From: a bacterium
GTDB taxonomy: Bacteria > Zhuqueibacterota > Zhuqueibacteria > Residuimicrobiales > Krinioviventaceae
DNA: 64,000 nucleotides
Assembly (NCBI GenBank): GCA_963693055.1
Contig: OY843751.1
Span: 3,264,001 to 3,328,000, forward strand
Reading direction: 5' to 3'
How positions within the stretch are numbered: position 1 is the first letter of the stretch; each line of letters opens with the position of its first letter. Shown here piece by piece: positions 30,105 to 40,758 of the stretch. The notes below the pieces were generated by a model that saw only the letters and a list, made by a program, of their open reading frames with translations, did not search any database and had not been told where the DNA came from. The position numbers were made by a program, and so were the translations under genes.

Positions 30105-33017
30105 TTATCGAACAACCATGAACTTGCGAAATATAGCGATTTGTTCGGATTGACCGGATTCATCGGTTATCAAGTCTGCGTGTACTTTGAGCCAATACGT
30201 ACCGCTGCTTACTTTGTGACCGCTGTCATTATATAAATCCCACCAGTAATCTACAACACCGTATTTTTCTTTGGGTACAGTACTTCCCGTATCAAAAGAG
30301 AGTGAATTTCCATCAATTTCTTTAACTTTTTCACCGGCAAGTGAATATACCTCTACTTTGCGTACAATCAAAGAACCCGTTGCAGAAGCGACACGCATAC
30401 GAAAATTTGTAGCCGAGTATTCAAAATATGGATTAGGAGCCACTTCAACAACATAAGGCTCTCCACCCAAATCAATCAATACATTGGGTTCGCTCGGCAC
30501 CAGAACTGACCGTGTTAATATCACATTATCAATATATTCTGCCTGTATGCTTCCACCAAAAGAACTTTGCAGTATACCGTCATTAATATCAATACCATTG
30601 GTATTGTCAGTAATAAGAATGCCCTCTCGGTTGATAAAATTACCTGTATTATAGATTCCCTGATTATCCGGAATCTCATACAGGTAAATATCTTCCCGGT
30701 CGAGAGCTGTATTTTTCAACGTAACCTCTAAAGAATCCTGGGTGATGGGATTCAGGTTTTTGTCCATTTCATCGGTAATCCTCACAAAGATAACCTGATC
30801 AAATTCCACCTGACTTAGAGAAACACCCTGATTGTTTTCAATTGTCATATTACCATTTGTTGCCAAAACAACCAATACAGAATCCATCGAGACATCTGTC
30901 ATATCATTAACATCCTGATATATTACCGCAAGTGTATCTCTGTCTACAACCTCGAGTGTATCATTCCCGGGTGTAAATGTTGAAGAAATGATTATAGGAA
31001 TTCCTTCACTGTTTTGAAAAAAAGATTGTTTCAAGTCCAAAGTAACCATTTCCGAATCGCCACTTATACAGGCAGTTACCGGCACATCAAAACTCTGACG
31101 AATGGATTCAAGATTATTATCATCAAGTCTGATAAGTGCCTGATCCATGGTTTGATCATCATCAGGCTCAGTATTTGATGCTAAATAGCCATATGTTTTT
31201 TCGCCTTCAGTGTCAACAAAACGAATAGAAGATGTTGTTGCCTGCACTTCTTCATACACCAGTTTCCACCGAACCAGTGCAGGAGTAATCGCAGAATTCT
31301 TTGTACTGGGATACGCATTCAGATTAATTGAAGTAATCCCCAAAAGCGCGGGTATATTTTCAAGATTTACTGTATTGACACTCTCATCTGTATTCGCAGA
31401 AAACTCGTAAAGTGTGCGGTATGGAGATGTATTTTCAATAATTCTGAACAACAGATCAATAGCACTTCGTTGTACTGCATTATCCGGCAAATCCAGTTCA
31501 CATTCAAAAGTTTTCCAGTTTGGGATCAAAGAGTCGGCATCAGAAACACCAATTGTAGATGCCCAAAAATATGGCTTTGGAGTTACATTCACATTGGTAT
31601 CATAATAATGATATTTCACTGACACACCTTTTAATACAGGTGTATCTTTTGGAGTATCCGTTTGCAGAAAAGCACGGTATTGATATACACTATGTGCTTT
31701 ATGTTTATCTAAAAACAAACGCATACCTGAACTTGTATAAGTTGTAGTGCTGTCTCCACTGGGTCCAATCCAGTCTTGTCTCTGGATATGGTTTACATCC
31801 GTGCCTGATCTGAATTGCATTTCAAGTGAAGTATTGTCACCTGAATTGGTTTCTGCATCCCAAAAGAGTGAGTCAAAATTCACATCTTTATCCAGAACAT
31901 ATAGATCAGATTCTCGCCAGCCGCTTTCAAAACCTATACGAGCAGGAATGATCTTGTTTGCATCATCATCTCGATGCACAATTAAAAGTTTTTCAGAATC
32001 GGAAGATTGTGAACCAATCTGGTCAACATCTTTGAGGGCTTGTAATTCAAGCTTTAATTCCCAAAAATAATCAGTGTTTTGTGGATCAACTTCAACAATC
32101 CGGTTATTACCCGCATCTGCAATCAATACATGGCCATTTTCAATCATATCCGCATCAACAGGATTCAACAAACCATATGTTGCATCGTCGGCCATAGCTT
32201 CTGATGGATACTGCCAAACAATCTCTTTGGACGCTCGGGAAACCAGTAACACACGATTATGCCCCTGGTCTGTGATCAAAACAAGATCCTGATCGCCCTG
32301 AATATATTCAATATCTACCGGAGAACTGAGAACCGCTGAACCCAATTCCCATACAATACTCTTGTTACTTTTTTCAACAATAATTACCCGGTCATTACCA
32401 CGATCAGCAATGAGGAACTCTGTACTATCATCAATTTTCACAGCATCCGCAGGATTAGATAACTGGTTAGGGCCGTTACCTTCAAGACCATTGGGATCAC
32501 CATAATCCCAATCAATAGATTGTGTTTCTCGTCCAATTTGTAATACACGGTGACTGCCTCTGTCAGTAATCAAAACACGGTATTGTTCATTTTCCAAAAA
32601 CTCGAATGCATCAACAGGTAGTACTAGCTCTCCACCGGTATACTCCCAGGTAATCCTTTTCGTTACAGGATTATAAATAAACACTTTGGAACCGCTGCGC
32701 AAGGGATCAGTGACCAGATAAAGATCCTGGTCATCTATTGTTCGCACATCTATATCTTCAACCGCGCCCAAAGGAATCGTTTCATCCGGCCAGGTCCAGT
32801 CAAAACCGCCCAGGGTAAAATTTTCCAACTGGATATCATTACCATCCTCTTCCCATATGGGAGTTAATGTAATTAATGAATCTTTTTGGACACCTTGCTG
32901 CACGATTGTTTTTGGAAATGGTGCGGAATCCTGCCAGGTTATTTCCTTTTGCGCAAAAATTTTGCCTGTAACTGTAGTAAACAAAAAAATAGCAATATAC
33001 AGATAATATTTTTTCAT
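30105..33017 (-). CDS. Large secreted beta-propeller (NHL/ASST-like repeats) surface protein with T9SS/FlgD-type C-terminal domain
   Basis: Signal peptide; repeats NPADA..LIADRGNDRV and NPVDAD..LIADAGNNRIVEV; tail APNPY..YSLAGEKV..WDLYNDSGHKVSSGTY. Confidence 0.75.
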   Translation of the reverse strand: MKKYYLYIAIFLFTTVTGKIFAQKEITWQDSAPFPKTIVQQGVQKDSLITLTPIWEEDGNDIQLENFTLGGFDWTWPDETIPLGAVEDIDVRTIDDQDLYLVTDPLRSGSKVFIYNPVTKRITWEYTGGELVLPVDAFEFLENEQYRVLITDRGSHRVLQIGRETQSIDWDYGDPNGLEGNGPNQLSNPADAVKIDDSTEFLIADRGNDRVIIVEKSNKSIVWELGSAVLSSPVDIEYIQGDQDLVLITDQGHNRVLLVSRASKEIVWQYPSEAMADDATYGLLNPVDADMIENGHVLIADAGNNRIVEVDPQNTDYFWELKLELQALKDVDQIGSQSSDSEKLLIVHRDDDANKIIPARIGFESGWRESDLYVLDKDVNFDSLFWDAETNSGDNTSLEMQFRSGTDVNHIQRQDWIGPSGDSTTTYTSSGMRLFLDKHKAHSVYQYRAFLQTDTPKDTPVLKGVSVKYHYYDTNVNVTPKPYFWASTIGVSDADSLIPNWKTFECELDLPDNAVQRSAIDLLFRIIENTSPYRTLYEFSANTDESVNTVNLENIPALLGITSINLNAYPSTKNSAITPALVRWKLVYEEVQATTSSIRFVDTEGEKTYGYLASNTEPDDDQTMDQALIRLDDNNLESIRQSFDVPVTACISGDSEMVTLDLKQSFFQNSEGIPIIISSTFTPGNDTLEVVDRDTLAVIYQDVNDMTDVSMDSVLVVLATNGNMTIENNQGVSLSQVEFDQVIFVRITDEMDKNLNPITQDSLEVTLKNTALDREDIYLYEIPDNQGIYNTGNFINREGILITDNTNGIDINDGILQSSFGGSIQAEYIDNVILTRSVLVPSEPNVLIDLGGEPYVVEVAPNPYFEYSATNFRMRVASATGSLIVRKVEVYSLAGEKVKEIDGNSLSFDTGSTVPKEKYGVVDYWWDLYNDSGHKVSSGTYWLKVHADLITDESGQSEQIAIFRKFMVVR

Positions 33018-33071
33018 TATATTTTCCGTTTGGTTAGTCGGATTAAAACAAATCTCCGATTATACATATTC

Positions 33072-33986
33072 CTAAAGTTCATCCCAGGAACTGATACTTG
33101 AACCAATTGCAATAGAATAAAACTTTGTCAATTCAGAATCAGCTCTCGATGTCATAATAATAGGAACTTTGGCTCCCAAAACAATACCTGCCGTTTTGGT
33201 ATCCGCGAAATAACTTAGTGCTTTATAGAAAACATTGCCCGATTCGATATTGGGCATGATCAAGATATCAGCATCACCACCAACAGGACTATCAATCCCT
33301 TTTGTTTCACAAGCGCTCTTGCTGATTGCATTATCAAGCGCCATGGGACCATCAATAATACAGTTATTTATCTGTCCACGGTGGTTCATTTTAGTCAATA
33401 CAGCCGCATCAATGGTACACGGCATAGATTTATAATTTACTTTTTCTATAGCAGCAATCAAAGCCACTTTGGGTGTTTCAATACCAAGCATTTGGGCACA
33501 GGCTACCGAATTGTCAATAATACCAACTTTGGCATCCAGATCCGGATAAATATTCATACCACCATCAGACATAAATATCAGCTTGTGATATTTAGGTATC
33601 TGCAATACTGCACAATGCGATAACAGCTTACCGGTCCTTACATCATGTTGCTTGTCTAATACACCCTTTAACAAGGTTGCGGAAGAACAACGTCCTTTCA
33701 TAAGTGTATCTGCAAGACGTTCCCGAACAAGCTGTATAGCACGTACAACAGATTGATTTTCATTGTCTGCCTGAACTATATCAAACTGTGTAGCATCAAC
33801 ATTTATTTCCTTACCTGTACGGATGATACTTTCTTTATCTCCCACTAAAACGGCATCTACAATTCCTTCATAGTGGGCATGTGAAATAGCAGCTAGTACC
33901 TCATGTTCATCTGCCATTGCTACAGCTATAGTTTTTTTGGGTTTCTTTTTAACTTCTATCAATAACTCATCAAACGTTGTGATCAT
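33072..33986 (-). CDS. ptb: Phosphate butyryltransferase / PTA-PTB family
   Basis: LMKG, DGGMNIYP, DGPMALDNA, PNIESGN and TSRADS; start MITTFD at 33986; adjacent to buk. Confidence 0.9.
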   Translation of the reverse strand: MITTFDELLIEVKKKPKKTIAVAMADEHEVLAAISHAHYEGIVDAVLVGDKESIIRTGKEINVDATQFDIVQADNENQSVVRAIQLVRERLADTLMKGRCSSATLLKGVLDKQHDVRTGKLLSHCAVLQIPKYHKLIFMSDGGMNIYPDLDAKVGIIDNSVACAQMLGIETPKVALIAAIEKVNYKSMPCTIDAAVLTKMNHRGQINNCIIDGPMALDNAISKSACETKGIDSPVGGDADILIMPNIESGNVFYKALSYFADTKTAGIVLGAKVPIIMTSRADSELTKFYSIAIGSSISSWDEL

Positions 33987-35061
33987 AGCTAACCGCCTCT
34001 TGTGCATAGATTTTAGGTTCTTCTTGTCCTGTTAATACACGTAGCGCCCCCAGAGCCAAAGCCTCCATCTCTTCCTCACCGGGAAATTTTAATACTTGTG
34101 CTATAAAATCAATCCGTTTTTCTATTTTTTCAATAATCTCATTACTAAATGCAATGCCACCGGTAAGGACTATTGCATCCACTTTACCGGCAAGCACAGC
34201 AGCCATTGCAGCAATTTCTTTTGATATTTGATATGTCATTGCTTCAATAGCTACATTGATGTCATTTGCAGACGATGTTTTTAATAATTGTTGAATATTA
34301 TTTGATCCGGTATAGGCAACCAAACCACCTTTGCCGGTCAACATTTTCAAGATCTGCTTTTCCTGAGGTTTACCAGAAAAACAGAATCTCACCAAATCAC
34401 CAGCAGGTATAGTACCAGCTCTTTCAGGGGAAAAAGGGCCATCTCCGTCAAGGGCATTATTAACATCCACCACTCTACCCTGCTTATGTGCGGCTACAGA
34501 AATACCACCGCCAAGATGGGCGATTATGAGATTTAAATCCTCATACTTTTTTTGCAATGATTCCGCTGCTTTTCTTCCAACGGCTTTATGATTTAACGCA
34601 TGAAAAATACTTTTACGTTTAAATTGAGGATGCCCTGATAATCTTGCAACGCTATCAAACTCATCTACAACAACGGGATCAACAATAAAAGCAGGCGTTT
34701 TACAAATACCTGCGAATTTGGCCGCCAGCACACCACCCAGGTTGGACGCATGCTGACCTTGCACCCCTTTGGTTAAATCCTGAATCATCTCGGCATCTAC
34801 CGCATAAGTTCCACTCGGAATAGGATTTAATAACCCGCCTCTTCCAACATAGGCATCCATATCATTACAATCAATACCTTTATTGGTAAATACATTTTGA
34901 ATCAGTTCAAAACGATAATCAAGCTGGTCCATTATCGTACTAAACTGTGCCAGTTCATCAACAGAGTGATGTACTGACTCGGAAAATACCGGTTCGGTAT
35001 TTTTATAAAGCGCTAATTTTGTAGAGGTGGAACCGGGATTGATAACAAAAATATTAGACAT
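33970..35061 (-). CDS. buk: Butyrate (branched-chain carboxylate) kinase
   Basis: INPGSTSTK, GRGGLL, HASNLG, HALNHKA, AHLGGGIS and GPFSPER. Confidence 0.95.
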   Translation of the reverse strand: MSNIFVINPGSTSTKLALYKNTEPVFSESVHHSVDELAQFSTIMDQLDYRFELIQNVFTNKGIDCNDMDAYVGRGGLLNPIPSGTYAVDAEMIQDLTKGVQGQHASNLGGVLAAKFAGICKTPAFIVDPVVVDEFDSVARLSGHPQFKRKSIFHALNHKAVGRKAAESLQKKYEDLNLIIAHLGGGISVAAHKQGRVVDVNNALDGDGPFSPERAGTIPAGDLVRFCFSGKPQEKQILKMLTGKGGLVAYTGSNNIQQLLKTSSANDINVAIEAMTYQISKEIAAMAAVLAGKVDAIVLTGGIAFSNEIIEKIEKRIDFIAQVLKFPGEEEMEALALGALRVLTGQEEPKIYAQEAVSYDHNV

Positions 35062-35116
35062 TCAACCTCCGGAAAATCAGTTTCAATAGGATTATAATTT
35101 TAAAAGCGCTTTTTAT

Positions 35117-35145
35117 AGTTTAATGAAACAAAGCATAAAAAGCAA
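35117..35145 (-). promoter_or_regulatory. Sigma70-like promoter of buk-ptb
   Basis: TTGCTT-N17-TAAACT. Confidence 0.55.
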
Positions 35146-35164
35146 GAATTCTTGTAAAATAATG

Positions 35165-35689
35165 TCATTCAGCTGATACATGAACCAGTGATTCTACACG
35201 ATATTCACCCAACTTTTCACGACCTTTTAAAAAATCAAGTTCTACAAGAAAGCAACATCCTACAACAATGCCACCCAATCGCTCTACCAGGTTGGTAGTT
35301 GCTTTTATTGTTCCTCCGGTTGCCAAAAGATCATCAATTACCAGTACTTTTTGGTCTTTTTTAATTGCATCCATATGGATCTCGAGCGAATCCGTACCAT
35401 ATTCCAATTCATAGGTTTCCTGAATTGTATTTGATGGTAGTTTGCCCGGTTTTCTTACAGGTACGAATGCAATACCCCACTTGTATGCAAGAATAGAGGC
35501 AAATATAAATCCCCGGGATTCAATTCCCACAACCACATCAATCTCTTCATTTTTGAAATGATCTTCCATTTGTTTTATAGATTCCTGAAAAGCTTTGGGA
35601 TCATCAAGCAGGGTGGTAATATCAATAAAATTAATTCCAGGCTTGGGAAAATCCTTTACCCGTCTCAAAGTTGCATCCAAATCCATCAA
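35165..35689 (-). CDS. apt: Adenine phosphoribosyltransferase
   Basis: DFPKPGINFIDIT, ESRGF, RKPGKLP, LEYGTD and IDDLLATGGT. Confidence 0.96.
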   Translation of the reverse strand: MMDLDATLRRVKDFPKPGINFIDITTLLDDPKAFQESIKQMEDHFKNEEIDVVVGIESRGFIFASILAYKWGIAFVPVRKPGKLPSNTIQETYELEYGTDSLEIHMDAIKKDQKVLVIDDLLATGGTIKATTNLVERLGGIVVGCCFLVELDFLKGREKLGEYRVESLVHVSAE

Positions 35690-35699
35690 TTGTTTTCCT

Positions 35700-35975
35700 T
35701 TATCGTTCTATACTAAAATTTTTGTATTTATTTTCGCAGGACTGCCAGCTTACATTCACATGTGTAACATCAGAAAACCGGGGTCCTCTCTCAAGAGCAC
35801 TAATATATGCTTCAATATAGGGTCTTTGGCCTTCAGCAAAGCTTTCAACACTACCATCCACCCTGTTACGTACGTATCCGGTTATTCCCAAGGTCTGGGC
35901 TTCCCGTAACGCATAGTAACGAAAGCCCACTCCCTGGACTTCACCGCTCACAATAATATGTGCTGCAGTTTTCAT
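35700..35975 (-). CDS. acyP: Acylphosphatase
   Basis: SGEVQGVGFRY and GYVRNRVDGSVE. Confidence 0.93.
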   Translation of the reverse strand: MKTAAHIIVSGEVQGVGFRYYALREAQTLGITGYVRNRVDGSVESFAEGQRPYIEAYISALERGPRFSDVTHVNVSWQSCENKYKNFSIER

Positions 35976-35995
35976 TTATAATATTACCTTGTTTA

Positions 35996-37291
35996 TTACG
36001 GATACAAACGATACAACATTCTTGGAAATGGTATAGTTTCGCGAACATGTTGTCTTCCGCATAACCAGGCAACAGTTCTTTCAATACCCAATCCAAAACC
36101 TGCGTGAGGTACACTTCCATAACGGCGTACATCCAAATACCATTTAAAATTTTCCATAGGAAGTTCATGCGCTTCAATCTTTTTCATCAATGTATCGTAA
36201 TCATCTTCACGCTGACCGCCACCAATGATCTCTCCATAACCTTCAGGTGCAATCATATCCACACATAATGCACGATCAGGACGTTCAGGATCATTTTTCA
36301 TATAGAAGGCTTTAATGTTTGCCGGGTAATGTGTGATCATCACCGGTTTGTCATATTTACCAGAGATGATGGTTTCATCAGCACCGCCAAAATCATCACC
36401 ATAGACGAATTCAGCATTTGCTTCTTTCAGGATATTGGCAGCATCATCATAATCAATTCTGGGGAAAGGTTTAACGACTTTTTCCAAAGGAGCAATATCA
36501 CGCTCTAAAATATCGAGTTCATCACGACGGTTTTCTAAAACCCGTTCTACAATATAACTTACCAGCCCTTCAGCCATATCCATATCCTGATACAGATCAC
36601 AATAGGCCATTTCAGGTTCAACCATCCAAAACTCGGTCAAATGACGACGGGTTTTAGATTTTTCCGCGCGAAATGTGGGACCAAAACAGTAAGCTTTACC
36701 AAATGCAGAGGCAGCTGGTTCCATATATAACTGACCGCTCTGGGTTAGATAGGCTTTTTCATCAAAATAATTTACTTCAAAAAGATTCGTAGTGCCTTCA
36801 CAGGCTGAAGGTGTAAAAATGGGTGCATCTACCAGGGTAAAACCATTATTGTCAAAATAGTCCCGGCATGATTTTATAATTTCATGACGCACTTTGATAA
36901 TCGCATGCTGTTGAGAAGAACGCAGCCACAAATCACGATGCTCCATTAAAAATTCCACACCATGTTCTTTTGGAGAAATCGGGTATTCTTCGGCTTTGTG
37001 AACAATTTTTACCGAACTGACCTGGATCTCACATCCTCCCTTTGCACGCTTGTCTTCCGCTACAGTTCCGGTAACATGCAATGCGCTTTCCTGCGAAAGA
37101 TGCTGACATTGCTCAAACGTTTCTTCATCTACATTACCTTTAAAGACAACTGCCTGTACCAACCCTGTTCCGTCTCGCATCATTAAAAAAGCAAGTTTAC
37201 CTTTACCGGTTTTGTTGTATAACCAACCAGAGATAGTAACTTCTTTACCAATGTACGATTGCAGTTCTGAAATAAATACTTTTTCAGCCAT
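35996..37291 (-). CDS. asnS: Asparagine--tRNA ligase
   Basis: OB-fold, [35 protein letters not shown] and GFGLGIER. Confidence 0.95.
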   Translation of the reverse strand: MAEKVFISELQSYIGKEVTISGWLYNKTGKGKLAFLMMRDGTGLVQAVVFKGNVDEETFEQCQHLSQESALHVTGTVAEDKRAKGGCEIQVSSVKIVHKAEEYPISPKEHGVEFLMEHRDLWLRSSQQHAIIKVRHEIIKSCRDYFDNNGFTLVDAPIFTPSACEGTTNLFEVNYFDEKAYLTQSGQLYMEPAASAFGKAYCFGPTFRAEKSKTRRHLTEFWMVEPEMAYCDLYQDMDMAEGLVSYIVERVLENRRDELDILERDIAPLEKVVKPFPRIDYDDAANILKEANAEFVYGDDFGGADETIISGKYDKPVMITHYPANIKAFYMKNDPERPDRALCVDMIAPEGYGEIIGGGQREDDYDTLMKKIEAHELPMENFKWYLDVRRYGSVPHAGFGLGIERTVAWLCGRQHVRETIPFPRMLYRLYP

Positions 37292-37322
37292 GAACCTGAT
37301 TCCTTTCTTCTACTGATTATCA

Positions 37323-38159
37323 CTACCGTGCCAGCATGACATGGCAGTTTGAATGTCTTAAAATGTGTTCTGTATTACTGCCTAACAGCATCTCACGGAG
37401 CTTGGAATGACCATAAGCGCCTATAGCTATTAAATCTACTTTATTCTCTTTGGCATACTTTACAATTTCTTTGTCCGGTGTTCCGGGTAAAACAATATGC
37501 TCTAGTTCTATATTATAATTTTTTAAATAATCTCGGGCTTCGTTGATATAGTGCTGACCTATTTTTTCATCATCTGTTACTGAAATAAGCGTTACACAAG
37601 AGTGTAACTTTTCAGCCAAGTGACCTGAAAACTGTAAAGCCTGGTTGGCATTGGGGCTGCCATCATAACCAATTAGGATATGATTAATAGACCGGCTCTC
37701 TTTATCCGTTACCAATACGGGTTTGTGTATATTACGACTTACAATTTGTATAGTAGCACCCAACCGTTGTTGGTCCCAGCGGGAAAATTCGCCGCATTTT
37801 CCCAAGACTATTAAATCAGATAGATGAGAACGCTCCAGAATTGCATTTGCCGGAGATGCTACCTTCTTTTCTGTCTCAAACAAAACCCGGTTTTCATTCA
37901 AAATCTGTGAAGATTTTTCAAGCACCTTATCACATTTTTCTTCAAGCAAACGCATGGATTCTTTTTGGTAAAGACCTGTAGGAGCTATTGGCACAAAACC
38001 ATCAGAACCAATTGCAGTAGCCCATTCAAATACGCGTATATCCGCTACAGACAATACTCTCAAATAACTGTTAAAAGCGCGGGCCAAATCAATACCCATA
38101 GATAAAACAGGATCCGTATAAGTAGATCCGTCAACGGCAAGCATGATATTTTTAAACAT
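37323..38159 (-). CDS. Tandem-domain universal stress protein
   Basis: NIMLAVDGS, ILIGYDGS and GAYGHSKLREMLLGS. Confidence 0.92.
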   Translation of the reverse strand: MFKNIMLAVDGSTYTDPVLSMGIDLARAFNSYLRVLSVADIRVFEWATAIGSDGFVPIAPTGLYQKESMRLLEEKCDKVLEKSSQILNENRVLFETEKKVASPANAILERSHLSDLIVLGKCGEFSRWDQQRLGATIQIVSRNIHKPVLVTDKESRSINHILIGYDGSPNANQALQFSGHLAEKLHSCVTLISVTDDEKIGQHYINEARDYLKNYNIELEHIVLPGTPDKEIVKYAKENKVDLIAIGAYGHSKLREMLLGSNTEHILRHSNCHVMLAR

Positions 38160-38175
38160 ATCGCGTACCTCTCGT

Positions 38176-39192
38176 TTAAAACCAAACCTCAGGTTTTACA
38201 TCCCGGGTCATTAAATCCTGCAGAGCCATTCTGGGTTCCTTGTTTGCAAAAAGAACATTATACACTTCAAAGCAGATAGGCATTTCAACATCCAGTTTCT
38301 TTGCCAGCTCAACCGTAGAGCGGCAGGTTTTTACACCTTCCGCAACCATGGTCATATTACCCAATACATCGTCAAGAGACAAACCACTACCAATCTTCTC
38401 GCCGACATGACGGTTACGACTGTGACGACTCATACAGGTTACAATTAAATCACCCATACCAGATAGTCCTGAAAATGTGTGAGGATCAGCATCAAACTTG
38501 CGGCCCAACCTGATGATCTCAGCAAGGCCGCGCGGTTGTAAAGCTGCCTTTGTATTATCTCCAAAACCAGCACCATCACAAATTCCCGCAGCAATAGCAA
38601 TTACATTTTTCAAAGCACCACCCAGTTCTACACCGGCAACATCCACACTGGTGTAAATTCGGAACGTGGGTGTATTTACAGCTTCCTGAATTTGCAATGC
38701 GTTTTTTTCATCCGTTGAAGCTACAACCACAGCTGTTGGAATGTTGCGGCTTACTTCTTCCGCATGACTGGGCCCAGAAAGCACAGCAAACTTCTCTACG
38801 GGATGAGCGGGCAATTCTTCACGAAAAATTTCCGAGATCCGCATCAAAGAATCATTTTCAATACCTTTGACACAACTGACAACTATTGTATTGCTGTCAA
38901 TTTCATTTTTGGCAAGCTCTTTTAATACATTGCGAGTTACATGCGATGGGGTAATAAGAAAAATAATATTGGCACTTTTTACCGCATCTGTTAAACAATT
39001 GGTAACATGAATAGTATCATTGAGAATTGCAGCTTTTAATACACTTTCACGCATACGGGTGCGCTGCAAAGATTCTGCTGCTTCTTTATCAAACTCCCAC
39101 AATCTTACTCGGTGGCCATTACTCGCACAAACATTGGCGATTGCAAACCCCCAACTTCCTGCACCCAATATTGCTATATCTAAATTTGGCAT
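38176..39192 (-). CDS. gpsA: NAD(P)H-dependent glycerol-3-phosphate dehydrogenase
   Basis: GAGSWG, SGPSHAEEV, GALKNVIAI and GDLIVTC..SRN. Confidence 0.96.
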   Translation of the reverse strand: MPNLDIAILGAGSWGFAIANVCASNGHRVRLWEFDKEAAESLQRTRMRESVLKAAILNDTIHVTNCLTDAVKSANIIFLITPSHVTRNVLKELAKNEIDSNTIVVSCVKGIENDSLMRISEIFREELPAHPVEKFAVLSGPSHAEEVSRNIPTAVVVASTDEKNALQIQEAVNTPTFRIYTSVDVAGVELGGALKNVIAIAAGICDGAGFGDNTKAALQPRGLAEIIRLGRKFDADPHTFSGLSGMGDLIVTCMSRHSRNRHVGEKIGSGLSLDDVLGNMTMVAEGVKTCRSTVELAKKLDVEMPICFEVYNVLFANKEPRMALQDLMTRDVKPEVWF

Positions 39193-39202
39193 TCATTTTC
39201 TC

Positions 39203-40207
39203 TTAGTTTATTTTACCGATAACAACCGGTTCTTCATCCACTGCCTTTAACGCATCTGATACTTTGGAAACAGCATCTTGTTCTACAACAAAAACCAAAC
39301 CAATACCCAAATTAAATGTTTTTCTCATTTCTTCATCAGTTACGTTTCCAAACTGTTGAATTAATTTGAATTCGGGTAACACCGTCCAGCTATTCCAATC
39401 TATATCCATTGAAAGATTTTCACGAAGTAAACGCTTGGTATTGCCTTCAATTCCTCCACCGGTAATATGGCTAATGCCATTAATTTCCGGCATGCGTCTT
39501 ACAGCTTTAATAGCATTGGCATAACTTTTATGGACTCTTAGTAATGTATCTCCCCAGCTCATACCACCCAGTTCATCGACAGGCGCTTTCAGATCCACTT
39601 TTTTATGATCAAGCAAAACTTTTCTGGCCATAGAATAACCATTGGTATGTAAACCATTTGAAGCAAGGCCAAGCAACACATTGCCGGGAGCTATTTTGCT
39701 GCCGTCAATAATATCGGGTCTATTAATAACACCAACAATTGAACCAACCAGGTCATATTCACCTGCAGCATAAAAACCCGGCATTTCTGCAGTTTCTCCG
39801 CCTACAAGAGCACAACCATTGAGTTTGCAGCCATCAGACATACCTTTAACAATCTGTTCTGCTTTTTCCGGTTTCAAATCCAAAGTGCCTATATAATCAA
39901 GAAAAAACAGGGGATCTGAACCACAAACCATAATATCATTCACACAATGGTTAACCAGATCTTGGCCAACCGAATCATGCCGGTCCATGGAAAATGCAAT
40001 TTTCAATTTAGTACCCACACCATCAACACTGGATACAATAATAGGCTCGGGATATTTTTTTATATCCAGTGAATAAAATCCTGAAAACAATCCAATACCT
40101 TTTAACACATTATCATTAAAAGTGGATTTTGCCAGGGCGGAAATCTTTTTCGTAGAGGCTTCTGCTGCCTGCAGGTCTACGCCTGAATCTTTGTAACTAA
40201 TGGACAA
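39203..40207 (-). CDS. purM: Phosphoribosylformylglycinamidine cyclo-ligase
   Basis: YKDSGVD, DGVGTK, GGETAEMP, GLHTNGYS, HITGGG and TFNLG. Confidence 0.96.
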   Translation of the reverse strand: MSISYKDSGVDLQAAEASTKKISALAKSTFNDNVLKGIGLFSGFYSLDIKKYPEPIIVSSVDGVGTKLKIAFSMDRHDSVGQDLVNHCVNDIMVCGSDPLFFLDYIGTLDLKPEKAEQIVKGMSDGCKLNGCALVGGETAEMPGFYAAGEYDLVGSIVGVINRPDIIDGSKIAPGNVLLGLASNGLHTNGYSMARKVLLDHKKVDLKAPVDELGGMSWGDTLLRVHKSYANAIKAVRRMPEINGISHITGGGIEGNTKRLLRENLSMDIDWNSWTVLPEFKLIQQFGNVTDEEMRKTFNLGIGLVFVVEQDAVSKVSDALKAVDEEPVVIGKIN

Positions 40208-40210
40208 TGA

Positions 40211-40741
40211 CTATTCTCCCTTTTGTATATTTTCAAAGTATTTATTTCTAGCTTTAACAAAAAACTGTAAATTCTCTTTATCGTAATAATCCGGATAAGT
40301 CCATGGATTGGCCTGAAAGGTACCTCCCTGCCAGAAAAGTTGAACATCACCATAAATACCATTACCAATATAGATACGGTGACTAAAATTCTTTGTGGTT
40401 GCCAACACCAGTTTTGGCACTTCAATATATCCGGGATCCAGATTGATTCTTCGGTTGTTATCGTCGCTTAATTCTTCTTCAATAGAATTTGTTTCAATTT
40501 TTGTATTTACAATATCTGAAGGATCAATATAATTTTGAAATGTTACATAATATTTTTTCAAATCATTACCCATCTCTTCAGCATAGTAATTGGTATGACT
40601 AAAATCAAAAATATTGCTTTTTTCATCTATCGGACCGTACAAAGTAATCAAACCTTCTTCAGCAATTTTTCTATCTTGCTCATTTTTATAACATATTGCA
40701 CATAACAACAATACAGGTTGTGTATTTTTAATTTGGCCCAT
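40211..40741 (-). CDS. DUF4416 family protein
   Basis: YYAEEMG, RRINLDPGY, LATTKNFSHRIY and WTYPDY; start MGQIK at 40741. Confidence 0.85.
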   Translation of the reverse strand: MGQIKNTQPVLLLCAICYKNEQDRKIAEEGLITLYGPIDEKSNIFDFSHTNYYAEEMGNDLKKYYVTFQNYIDPSDIVNTKIETNSIEEELSDDNNRRINLDPGYIEVPKLVLATTKNFSHRIYIGNGIYGDVQLFWQGGTFQANPWTYPDYYDKENLQFFVKARNKYFENIQKGE

Positions 40742-40758
40742 AATAAATTCTCTCTCTA

